From positions 1-49,495 of the forward strand of contig JAUCBJ010002592.1 in the NCBI GenBank assembly GCA_032718475.1: a stretch of 49,495 nt of DNA, read 5' to 3'. The stretch is from Nemertoderma westbladi. Lineage: Eukaryota > Animalia > Xenacoelomorpha. The notes beneath the pieces were generated by a model. That model ran no database searches. It worked only from the letters and a program-made list of their open reading frames with translations, and was not told the origin of the DNA. Below, one piece after another: positions 37,787 to 48,184 of this stretch (position 1 is its first letter; every line of letters begins with the position of its first letter). Made by a program: the position numbers and the translations under genes.

Positions 37787-39471
37787 ACATTACTTTTTCA
37801 ATAAAGTATCTTATTTATGTTTTTCTGTGTCTCTTACCGATCACGATCATCCAATTTATTATGTTTTTAAATATTGTACGTTTACAGATAGATACAGTAC
37901 ATACAGCAGTAAATTTATATTGTTCCATTAACAGTTATACTGTATTGCTACAAGTTAATCTTTTCTTTGGAGTTTTAAAAATATTGCCATCAGATTTAAG
38001 TGTTCCCATCATGCTGACCATAAGAGGTGCTTGGGAACAATTCCTTGTTGGAGTCTTTGATATAGGATTGAAAACTGACGATGGTGGTTGGCTTTCATAA
38101 CTTATAATGGCAAAACTATTTTCAAAGAAAATCAATAATTACGATTATTGCATCATGCTCTATGTTTATATAACATACAACACCATGCTTGCATATTTTT
38201 CACCTCTTACCTATTTTTAACCTATCAGAGTAGTAGGTGTCCTAATAAGTCCTAATAATATAATGTCCTAATAACTAAGTATCCTAATAGGTGTCTTACG
38301 ACTCCTAATTAGGGTTTAATTGATTATCCTAATTAATCAATCCGATACGCAATGGTGTCAGTGTTGTCTAAATATCGCCTAGAGGGCCAAGAGGGTGTCA
38401 TAAGTGACACCACAGCTCTTTTATTTATTAATACTTATTTATTTGATTTTACTTAATAATTTGATATATATTAACTAATTTCAAGTTTATAACATAATTA
38501 AACAACATTATTCCAATGATACAATGAATAATAAATAATAATAATATAATTAGATTTAAATATTTTTTAGCATATGTAGTTGAGAATTGAAAAATTGCAA
38601 ACAACAACAAAAAAATACTTATTTATTTGTATTTAATTTTAATTTATTTATTTGTATTTAATTCTAAATTAATTATTTAATTGTACTTAATTTTAGATTT
38701 ACCAATAATTAGTTTTATATATTGGTTTCTAAATGACCTCATTGATTTTCATCTCGTTATACTTAGCCATAGGGTATAGAGCTCCAATACTGCTAAGTAA
38801 TTACTCTTATCTATATCCAGACATCTTTACCGTTGACCTTTGACCCCCAATTAGCTTTAACCAGGCAACAGCTTAATAATAGTTGTATCCAAGCGCCCCG
38901 CCCCCCCTCTCATGACACCTCTGATTACTAATTACTCTTACCTATATCCAGCCGTCTGCAGTTCCATAGTCTGCCGCTAGAGGGCGTATTATCTGAAAAT
39001 TTACATCTTGTCTAACTTTGTTATTTTCATTCCGAATAGGTTTAAACTCGGTAGGCATCTACTACGGCATAGGCCATATCTTTTGCGGAGACATAGAGTA
39101 GTCTGAAGTTCCCCTGTCTGCCGCTAGAGGGCGTATTATTTGAAAATTAACATCTTCTCTAGCTTTGTTATTTACAATCCGCGAAACTATGAAGTTATAT
39201 TGCTTAAGAGTTCTAAGGGGCGAGCCATGAGGCAAGATGTTTGAGGCTTATTTAGATATATTATTACTTAATTTGACCCCCCAATCGGCATCTATTACAA
39301 TATGGGCTATATCTTTTGCAGAGTCACAGAGTAGTCTGAAGTTCCCCAGTCTGCCGCTAGAGGGCGAAATGTTTCAAAGTGAAAACCATATGGTAGCCAT
39401 GGATTGGTTACTAGGCAATAATACGGCATTTTGCAACGTTAGGCCTATTGCTGACCGAATGAAAACTGCCC

Positions 39472-39545
39472 TGGTTCATGCAGGGATCGAACCCATGACA
39501 TACGGGAGATGTGAATTCAACGCAACCACTACACCAAGGTGGAAC
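39472..39545 (-). ncRNA. tRNA-derived Pol III-like unit (left arm copy)
   Basis: A-box TGGTGTAGTGG, B-box GGTTCGATCCC, ends ACCA with TTTT 6 nt later. Cloverleaf is poor. Confidence 0.4.
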
Positions 39546-39706
39546 AGTAACCTTCGAATTTGTTCGTTGCCGTTCGAATTTGTAAGACTCTCATTTAAGA
39601 CCTGACACAGACTATGCCTCACTGAGGCACTGAGGCATAGTCTGTGTCAGGTCTTAAATGAGAGTCTTACAAATTCGAACGGCAACGAACAAATTCGAAG
39701 GTTACT

Positions 39707-39780
39707 GTTCCACCTTGGTGTAGTGGTTGCATTGAATTCACATCTCCCGTATGTCATGGGTTCGATCCCCGCATGAACCA
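39707..39780 (+). ncRNA. tRNA-derived Pol III-like unit (right arm copy)
   Basis: GTTCCACCTTGGTGTAGTGG..GGGTTCGATCCCCGCATGAACCA followed by GGGCTGTTTT. Confidence 0.4.
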
Positions 39781-41309
39781 GGGCTGTTTTCGTTCGGTCA
39801 GCAATAGGCCTAACTTTGCCAAATGCAGTATTATTGCCTAGTAACCAATTAATGGCTACTATATGGTTTTCACTTTGAGAAATTTCGCCCTCTAGCGGCA
39901 GACTGGGAACTTCAGACTACTCTGTGACTCTGCAAAAGATATAGCCCATATTGTAATAGATACCGACGGGGGGGCAAAATTAAGTAATAATATATCTAAA
40001 CAACTCTCAAACATCTTGCCTCATGGCTCGCCCCTTAGAACTCTTAAGCAATATAACTTCATAGTTTTGCGGATTGTAAATAACAAAGCTTGAGAAGATG
40101 TTACTTTTCAAATAATACGCCCTCTAGCGGCAGACAGGGGAACGTCAGACTACTCTATGTCTCCGCAAAAGATATGCCCTATGCCGTAGTAGATGCCTAC
40201 CGAGTTTAAACTTATTCAGAATTAAAATAACAAAGTTAGAGAAGATGTAAATTTTCAGATAATACGCCCTCTAGCGGCAGACTATGGAACTGCAGATGCC
40301 TGAATATAGGTAAAAGTAATTAGTAATCAGAGGTGTCACGAGAGGGGGGGCGGGGCGCTTGGATACAACTATTATTAAGCTGTTGCTTGGTTAAAGCTAA
40401 TTGGGGGTCAAAGGTCAACGATAAAGATGTCTGGATATAGATAAGAGTAATTACTTAGCAGTATTGGATACCCCATGGCTACGTATAACGAGATGAAAGT
40501 CAATGAGGTCATTTAGAAACCAATATATAAAACTAATTATTGGTAAATCTAAAATTAAGTACAATTAAATAATTAATTTAAAATTAAATACAAATAAATA
40601 AATTAAAATTAAATACAAATAAATAAGTATTAATAAATAAAATAGCTGTGGTGTCACTTATGACACCCTCTTGGCCCTCTAGGCGATAGTCAGACAACAC
40701 TGACACCATTGCGTATCGGATTGATTAATGAGGATAATCAATTAAACCCTAATTAGGAGTCGTAAGACACCTATTAGGGTTTAATTGTACTAATTAATTG
40801 ATGACACCTATCAATTAGGGTGTAATTAGCCTAATTAGGAGGTGTCACAGTCTGGCGCCAATGACACCCATAGGTGTCATTGGATGTCACCCAGACAGTC
40901 TGGCGCCATTCAGTGTGGTCTAACTGTCGCCGAGCCGGCCAAGACCCTACTACTTATCAGATTTACACATTTTGCACATGGACTGTACCTCTGGAGCCAA
41001 TTATTACATAGCTACTTTTTAAAGGCTCGACTAAAGTAGTCTTGTTTGATGAGGAGATTAGTTTCTGTGGTTTATTTTTAAACTAGGTACGAGAAATAGA
41101 CTTAAATTTTTTGCATTTTTTTAATGTAAATAATCTTATTACCACTTAGGTTGAAACCAAAGCGCGACGCTAATATAGTTTTTTAATTTAGTTTATACAT
41201 AAACATAAGAAATCATATTAATTACTATAGGGAAATTAGGAGAGAAAGAAATCAATGGATATTTTAAGTCATATAGGGGAATTTAGGGGTATTTGGTACA
41301 TCTACATTT

Positions 41310-41662
41310 TGAAATGACTCCCCAGTCAACTCAGCCTGAGAACACTCCTCAGTTATCTCAGACTAGGTTGGGAACACTCCCCAGTTATTTCAGCCTAGGC
41401 TGAGAACACTCCCCTTAGGCTGAGATGACTCCCCTAATTGAGTTATAATTCATATCCGTACAAGCTGTGTTATTTTCGTATATTGCAAAAAAAAAACTGT
41501 AACCTATGTTATTGAGATATCGTTTATTGTTTTGGTTATAAAAGCACGCCACTGTAACCTGCTCCTTTCCATTAATTAATAAATCTAGGGAGAAAACTGG
41601 GGAGTATTCTCAGTCTAGGCTGAGAAGATTGGCGAGTATATTTTGTGGGGAGTTATCTCAGA
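41310..41662. mobile_element. Degenerate foldback-like repeat with a nested copy of the 1061-1278 MITE family
   Basis: ACTCCCCAGTTATCTCAGCCTAGGCTGAGAA units in direct then inverted orientation. 41452-41580 matches the reverse complement of ~1140-1278. Confidence 0.5.
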
Positions 41663-42090
41663 AATTATTATTTCGTTATTATATATTATTATATTAGGCG
41701 GGATCATTTAAATTAGGGACACAATAAAACGCACCTTATTATTGTTTAAATTTGGACTGAATACTTAGGAATTTGCTGAATTATTAGCGCACTACTTAGG
41801 TAAAAGGTTGGGTTATTAGACTCATTGTGCACCAGCTTAGCCGACTCAAAATAAGTGAGTAGTAGGCCTACTCGTTGCACTTTATTTGCCGGATTGGGGA
41901 CGATTGGGATTTAATTTCTTTCAAGTATTTTATTTTAGTACATAAGTTAAGTGATTGGAAAGAATTCTGTCAGTCACAAAATATTAGTTAGGACGTTATC
42001 ATTCGTTTATTTTGATTCGTTGATATCAGGTAGGTTGGACTATATTAGGAACTGAATATAAGAGCAGTATACGATGGTTCGACAACATTT

Positions 42091-43240
42091 GTGTCTACTG
42101 TTGACGGTTACACAGAACCATTTGATGTGTTATTCTTGTTCATAATTGTTGTTGACTATGTTCTACGCATGTCCTTAGATCATCATAATGATGATGTGGT
42201 GATGATAACTCCACCTCCTGGCTCCAGAAGTCGAGGAAATCCTGCCAAGTACCTAACTGATCTAGACTTTGCTGAAGACTTAGGAGTACTCTCAGAATCA
42301 CTAGAGGGAGAACAACGGCTCCTCAACTCATTAGAACCTGCTGCTTCTAGTGTTGGTCTTTTTATTAACCCCAGAAAGACCAAAATTTTGACAGTTAACG
42401 TACAAAGTCCTCAGTCTCATAAGCTCAAAAGATGGTATGCTTGAGCATGTGGATGACTTCTGTTACCTGGGATCATGGATCCGTCAGGTGAGGACCTTCG
42501 AATACGTAAGGGAAAGGCATGGGCAGCCTTGAATAGGCGTTCCAGGATTTGGAAGTTACCGAGAATTAATCGGAAACTTAAGGTCCGATTATTTAGAGCA
42601 GCAGTAGTTCCAGTACTCCTCTATGGGAGTCCATGCTGGGCTCTAACTGCTGAGGACACCAAATCTCTGGATGGCACATTCACAAGAATGCTACGCCGGG
42701 TTCATTGTGTCAAGTACAATGCACACATCTCTAACCGGACACTATATAATATTGGAGGTGTCTCATTGGTTCCCCCAAGCTTGACACTAGAACAAAATCG
42801 CCTCCGCTTTGCAGGACATTGCTTTCGCCGTGAGGACCAGCCAGTGCATAATCTTGTACTTTGGCAGCCTCATGGAGTGAATAAGCATGGTGGACAGCCC
42901 ATGGCTTTCTTGAGACACATCTTAAAGGACACTGGCCTTGAAGATGCGGATGATCTAGCAAATGTCATGGGTGATAGGGAGTTGTGGCGGTGCAATTTTG
43001 TCGATAAGCCGGCACAGCATTCTTAAAAATGCAGCTGCAATGCAGCATGCCGATCCTAGTAGTAGTAGTAGTAGTAGTGGGAACTGAAAGTCAAGGTATC
43101 CGGTACTGTCAACATGAGGGTTCAACAGAAGGCACTTTATGGACCGAACTGAACCGGAGTTGTGGCGGTGCAATTTAGTCGACAAGCAGGATTCTTAAAA
43201 ATGCAGCTGCAATGCAGCATGCCGATCCTAGTAGTAGTAA
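42091..43240 (+). mobile_element. 5'-truncated RTE-clade LINE with (TAG)n tail and duplicated 3' end
   Basis: LFIIVVDYVLR, TDLDFAEDL, GLFINPRKTK, DFCYLGSW, VLLYGS..W and RLRFAGHCFRR..LVLWQP motifs. (TAG)n at ~43057-43077 and ~43229-43238. Confidence 0.82.
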
Positions 43241-43824
43241 CACTCAACCAATAATATACAGTAAACACAATGGCTCTACAGTAATATGTGGTAGATTGCG
43301 CAGTCATGTGACTTTAATTTGGCTCCAACGGCAAGGCTCCCTGTTTGTAAGCTTGTCCTTTATAGCTGACAAACTGGGGTGTTAATTGTTTCCCATTTTT
43401 GGCTAATAACTGTTTAAGGTGAAATATTGGTTTTGTGAATTACTTCTCAGGGATCGCTCCCGTAACAATTCCACAATATTCTTCATACAGTATTTTTTGT
43501 TTTTTATGAAATATAAGAAATGTGTGTAATATATGTGTAACATGTGAAACATTTTTTGGAATTCTGGGATAATTGCAAACTAAACCAGTATATGTATTTC
43601 GTCAATTTATATATTAAATATAAATTGAAATGTTTAATAATAATTTATAAATTAATTATTAAATATTAAATAATATTAATAACTCCACAAATGTTTTCGT
43701 TTTAATTTATTTACTCTTTCTACCAAATGTTACTACAAAACTATTGATCAGATTCGCTCAAAAACTATTTTTTGTAACTAACTCAACTTTTCCGGCTCGA
43801 ATGAGCCTATTTTGAACTCTCTGA

Positions 43825-45015
43825 CGGCATCCATCCCCACCTAGTTCGGGGGGGGGGGGGGGGGGGGGTTAGGTGGTGTAACCCCTGGCTTACAACGGCG
43901 TCCATCCCCACCTAGTTCTGGAGTTAGGTGGTGTAACCCCTGGCTTACAACGGCGTCCATCCCCACCTAGTTCTGGAGTTTGGTGGTGTATCCCCTGGCT
44001 TACAACGGCGTCCATCCCCACCTAGTTCTGGAGTTAGGTGGTGTATCCCCTGACTTACAACGGCGTCCATCCCCACCTAGTTCTGGAGTTAGGTGGTGTA
44101 ACCCCTGGCTTACAACGGCGTCCATCCCCACCTAGTTCTGGAGTTAGGTGGTGTAACCCCTGACTTACAACGGCGTCCATGCCCACCTAGTTCTGGAGTT
44201 AGGTGGTGTAACCCCTGGCTTACAACGGCGTCCATCCCCACCTAGTTCTGGAGTTTGGTGGTGTATCCCCTGACTTACAACGGCGTCCATCCCCACCTAG
44301 TTCTGGAGTTAGGTGGTGTAACCCCTGGCTTACAACGGCGTCCATCCCCACCTAGTTCTGGAGTTAGGTGGTGTATCCCCTGACTTACAACGGCGTCCAT
44401 CCCCACCTAGTTCTGGAGTTAGGTGGTGTATCCCCTGGCTTACAACGGCGTCCATCCCCACCTAGTTCTGGAGTTAGGTGGTGTAACCCCTGGCTTACAA
44501 CGGCGTCCATCCCCACCTAGTTCTGGAGTTAGGTGGTGTATCCCCTGGCTTACAACGGCGTCCATCCCCACCTAGTTCTGGAGTTAGGTGGTGTATCCCC
44601 TGGCTTACAACGGCGTCCATCCCCACCTAGTTCTGGAGTTAGGTGGTGTAACCCCTGGCTTACAACGGCGTCCATCCCCACCTAGTTCTGGAGTTAGGTG
44701 GTTTAACCCCTGGCTTACAACGGCGTCCATCCCCACCTAGTTCTGGAGTTAGGTGGTGTAACCCCTGGCTTACAACGGCGTCCATCCCCACCTAGTTCTG
44801 GAATTAGGTGGTGTAACCCCTGGCTTACAACGGCGTCCATCCCCACCTAGTTCTGGAGTTAGGTGGTGTAACCCCTGGCATACAATGGCGTCCATCCCCA
44901 CCTAGTTCTGGAGTTAGGTGGTGTAACCCCTGGCCTACAACGGCGTCCATCCCCACCTAGTTCTGGAGTTAGGTGGTGTAGCCCCTGGCATACAATGGCG
45001 TCCATCCCCACCTAG
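43825..45015. repeat. 55-bp minisatellite, ~21 highly homogeneous copies
   Basis: Unit GTTAGGTGGTGTAACCCCTGGCTTACAACGGCGTCCATCCCCACCTAGTTCTGGA with period 55. There are no spacers. The first copy is interrupted by a poly-G run. Confidence 0.97.
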
Positions 45016-45336
45016 ATTGGGGGAGTTAAAATTCACGAATCTTCAGAGCCAGTGAGGCCAAGCACAAATTATCCTCAAAATTTTCATTTTGCCACACCTT
45101 TTACATGTCTATACAAGTTTTTACAACTACCCACACCTTAAATACTAAATTTCATTTTTTCAATCCACCATAGGGTTATGTATGGGGAGGGGGTACAGTA
45201 TTATACTTACTTACAATTACATATGGGAGATACAACCATATATTATTTGCCACCAAAAATCACATGGCACATATGTTAAAAATATCTTATAACAATGAAA
45301 ATTACAACTGGGATCTATATCTCTCCCATAATCAAA

Positions 45337-48120
45337 TCAAATAAATTCCATCCACGTTGCAACCCCTTTATTTCCCGCTTCTTCATATTGAGGCTGAAAG
45401 TTAACGGGATGCCTTTCACTGTCCATCTTTATGTCCTCATTATAAAGTTTGGTCTTTTTGAAATGAACATATATGTTGTAACAAGAACACAATAATTCAT
45501 CCTCATCATTTATCGGAATTATAACTCCATACTGTTCTGGATGGTACTCATTATAATGATGATAAAATAGACCATTATATGTTTTTGTAACATCCAACGA
45601 GGTATTAGCAACCTCACCACTGCCTTTATTGACCAACTGCGCTGCCCTACAATTAAAGTCCCCTGACACTGTAACTATTGAGGCTTCGTTTCTTCCATTT
45701 TGATTGATGAACTTAAATTTAACAGGTGTATTCTCCGATATCATTCGACGCCCATTAATATGGATAGTACGACGTGAAGTATACATAGAAAAACATTCAC
45801 AAAGTTCAACCCCATCTACTTTCGGTACAGTAAACCAAAAATCATCACTGCCTGAAAATTGCACTCGCCCGGTGTATGTTTTACCTTCCTTTAGGATGTC
45901 ATCATTCATAGTCCCTTGAGCGTGATTTTCTGCAGCATTATTTTGATACATGTTAATATTTCGAGCTACCTCACATGAGGTATCACCAGGTAATGTAACA
46001 CAGGTGGCACATCTTTTTCCATATCTATTATATTTAAACTGGAATAGAAAATGGGTGCCTTCTTCTATATTCCTCATCCAACGATACTTATTAATGTGGA
46101 TTTTACTTTCTATAAAGGATATAGTGTGGCAGTCACAAAGTTCTATTTTGTTTTCATCTTTTGGAGTTATAAACCCATGTCTATTTATTTCAGAATAGAA
46201 TTTACAAAAACCTTCATAAGTTGTGTCCTCCTCTAGGATAGGTTTATCATAAATTCGACCTGAGCAACATGCATCCTTTCCTTGAACACTAACCCATGTA
46301 GCAGCTATATACGGTATATTTCTATCCAATTTGGGTTTGCACTGAAAAATAACATCATCCCACAACTTCAAACTCAGCCGGTATCCATTGCTATGGAGAT
46401 GTGATGTATGATAACGTACAATTGTTTTACTTATTTTTGTAGGTTCTATATACCCAAAATTTTGTCTAACATCTACACACCGACCAGAGTATGTTTCGTT
46501 CCCTTTCAAAATGCATCCCACTTCCGATGTAGTTGCTAATTGCTGTACGTTACGGTCAACCTGTGTATGCTTTAGTCTTGCATTTCCAAGATCTTCCCGA
46601 GGAGTTAATAACAAACTGTTGGAAAACTTTTCAGACAATTGATGAATATCATGTCCAGGTTGCATAGTACTGTGGATTAAAGGTAGTTGGTGGAATGTTG
46701 GACTTTGTTCCACTACCGGTTGCATATGTTGAGTTTGAAGAAATTCCAGTTGCATATGGTCCCTTTGAGATGGTCCAGGTTGCATAGTACTGGGGATTAA
46801 TGGAAGCTGGTGGAATGTTGGACTGTGTTCCACTCCCGGTTGCATATGTTGAGTTTGAAGAAATTCCAGTTGCATATGGTCCCTTTGAGATGGTCCAGGT
46901 TGCATAGTACTGTGGATTAAAGGTAGTTGGTGGAATGTTGGACTTTGTTCCACTACCGGTTGCATATGTTGAGTTTGAAGAAATTCCAGTTGCATATGGT
47001 CCCTTTGAGATGGTCCAGGTTGCATAGTACTGTGGATTAAAGGTAGTTGGTGGAATGTTGGACTTTGTTCCACTACCGGTTGCATATTTTGAGTTTGAAG
47101 AAATTCCAGTTGCATATGGTCCCTTTGAGATGGTCCAGGTTGCATAGTACTGGGGATTAATGGTGGCTGGTGGAATGTTTGACTTTGTACCGCCCCCTGT
47201 TGCATATGGTCCCTTTGAGATGGTCCAGGTTGCATAGTACTGTGGATTAAAGGTAGTTGGTGGAATGTTGGACTTTGTAACACTACCGGTTGCATATGTT
47301 GAGTTTGAAGAAATCCCAGTTGCATATGGTCCCTTTGAGATGGTCCCGGTTGTTTAGTGCCTTGAAATAATGGTGGCTGGTGGAATGTTTGACTTTGTAT
47401 CGCCCCTGGTTGTATATGTTGAGTTTGAAGCGATCCCGGTTGCATATAATGGGTTTGGTGCATTTCTGGTGTTTGCATAATGGTCATATTTTCGTTTGGA
47501 ATGGAGTGGCACTGGGGGGTTTGATGTTCTTCTTGGAACATATATGGAATGTTTGTGGCTGGTGAAGTGGTATAGGGGGGTCTGCCTGCTGGTCCTTCTG
47601 CTTGCATAATGCTCGTGTCTAGCTCATGTTGGACGACGGATGATTGACTGTTTACAGGTAAAATAAAATATTTTCCATCAAAACTGTATAGACCAGCCCC
47701 TTCCTCTAAAATTTTACTTGTCCATATTTCGATGTAGTTGTCGAGTTTACTGTCTAGGTCATATAATGTTTGTAAGTGGGTTATCTGCTCACTGGGTAGA
47801 AAAGTGTAAAAAAGGTAACAATTAATATGTTCCTGTAATGTATCAATTTGATTTTTTAACATCATCTCCATTGTGTTATGTAATTTATTCAGTTTTGCCT
47901 CCCTAGTCATGTCGGCGATCCACAGTGAATTGATATGTTCTACAATACACGTTAGCAAGGTTGTATAATTTTTGTTGAACAGTGTTAATTTATATTCGAT
48001 CTCTTGTAATTTAGATATACAATTATTCATATCTAAGCCCCAATACATCATTTTCATTCTTGAAAACTGATCATTCAATCCTACACCATCATTTGATACC
48101 ACATTTTGCCTTGCAGCCAT
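45337..48120 (-). CDS. Intronless 927-aa protein: helical N-terminus, Q/P/H-rich 40-aa repeats, four cold-shock/OB-fold-like domains
   Basis: Uninterrupted 2.8-kb ORF with AAAATGG start context. Four repeats of YxG..(F/Y)G(F/Y)IxP..F..A..V, e.g. YEGFCKFYSEINRHGFITP..IEEGTHFLF..CATCVTLPG, resembling the CSD RNP1 and C-terminal strands. Confidence 0.8.
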   Translation of the reverse strand: MAARQNVVSNDGVGLNDQFSRMKMMYWGLDMNNCISKLQEIEYKLTLFNKNYTTLLTCIVEHINSLWIADMTREAKLNKLHNTMEMMLKNQIDTLQEHINCYLFYTFLPSEQITHLQTLYDLDSKLDNYIEIWTSKILEEGAGLYSFDGKYFILPVNSQSSVVQHELDTSIMQAEGPAGRPPYTTSPATNIPYMFQEEHQTPQCHSIPNENMTIMQTPEMHQTHYMQPGSLQTQHIQPGAIQSQTFHQPPLFQGTKQPGPSQRDHMQLGFLQTQHMQPVVLQSPTFHQLPLIHSTMQPGPSQRDHMQQGAVQSQTFHQPPLIPSTMQPGPSQRDHMQLEFLQTQNMQPVVEQSPTFHQLPLIHSTMQPGPSQRDHMQLEFLQTQHMQPVVEQSPTFHQLPLIHSTMQPGPSQRDHMQLEFLQTQHMQPGVEHSPTFHQLPLIPSTMQPGPSQRDHMQLEFLQTQHMQPVVEQSPTFHQLPLIHSTMQPGHDIHQLSEKFSNSLLLTPREDLGNARLKHTQVDRNVQQLATTSEVGCILKGNETYSGRCVDVRQNFGYIEPTKISKTIVRYHTSHLHSNGYRLSLKLWDDVIFQCKPKLDRNIPYIAATWVSVQGKDACCSGRIYDKPILEEDTTYEGFCKFYSEINRHGFITPKDENKIELCDCHTISFIESKIHINKYRWMRNIEEGTHFLFQFKYNRYGKRCATCVTLPGDTSCEVARNINMYQNNAAENHAQGTMNDDILKEGKTYTGRVQFSGSDDFWFTVPKVDGVELCECFSMYTSRRTIHINGRRMISENTPVKFKFINQNGRNEASIVTVSGDFNCRAAQLVNKGSGEVANTSLDVTKTYNGLFYHHYNEYHPEQYGVIIPINDEDELLCSCYNIYVHFKKTKLYNEDIKMDSERHPVNFQPQYEEAGNKGVATWMEFI
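46654..47470 (-). repeat. Coding 120-bp (40-aa) higher-order repeat built of 30-bp subunits
   Basis: MQPGPSQRDH-MQLEFLQTQH-MQPVVEQSPT-FHQLPLIHST: five full units, one 90-bp unit and one degenerate unit. Confidence 0.95.
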
Positions 48121-48184
48121 TTTATGATAAGAGGCATTAGATTACAGGTACATGGTAAGTATTTGTTAGGTAAGGGTATTGGTT

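Larger units (their letters stand above)
38974..40277. promoter_or_regulatory. Six CTCF-like motifs CCGCTAGAGGGCG, three forward and three reverse
   Basis: Plus strand at 38974, 39121 and 39354; minus strand at 39886, 40118 and 40265. They match the CTCF core CCASYAGRKGGC by eye; binding is not shown. Confidence 0.45.
38229..40954. mobile_element. Non-coding palindromic element with Maverick/Polinton-type termini
   Basis: Starts AGTAGTAGG and ends CCTACTACT. Exact 6-bp TSD TATCAG (38223-38228, 40955-40960). Arms ~38283-39621 and 39631-40780 are reverse complements around a 9-nt spacer. Confidence 0.75.
36901..40992. mobile_element. Non-autonomous TIR element hosting the palindromic insertion
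   Basis: GGGTACAGTCCATGTGTAAAATGTGTAAATCTGATAGG (36903-36940) is the inverse of CCTATCAG|ATTTACACATTTTGCACATGGACTGTACC once 38229-40960 is removed. TSD not identified. Confidence 0.55.

Noticed and set aside
39472-39780. Functional tRNA genes
   Set aside because: Acceptor and anticodon stems do not pair convincingly; kept only as tRNA-derived units.
43825-45015. CRISPR array or ribozyme array
   Set aside because: Units are contiguous with no unique spacers, no cas genes are present, the context is eukaryotic, and I see no hammerhead CUGANGA/GAAA core on either strand.
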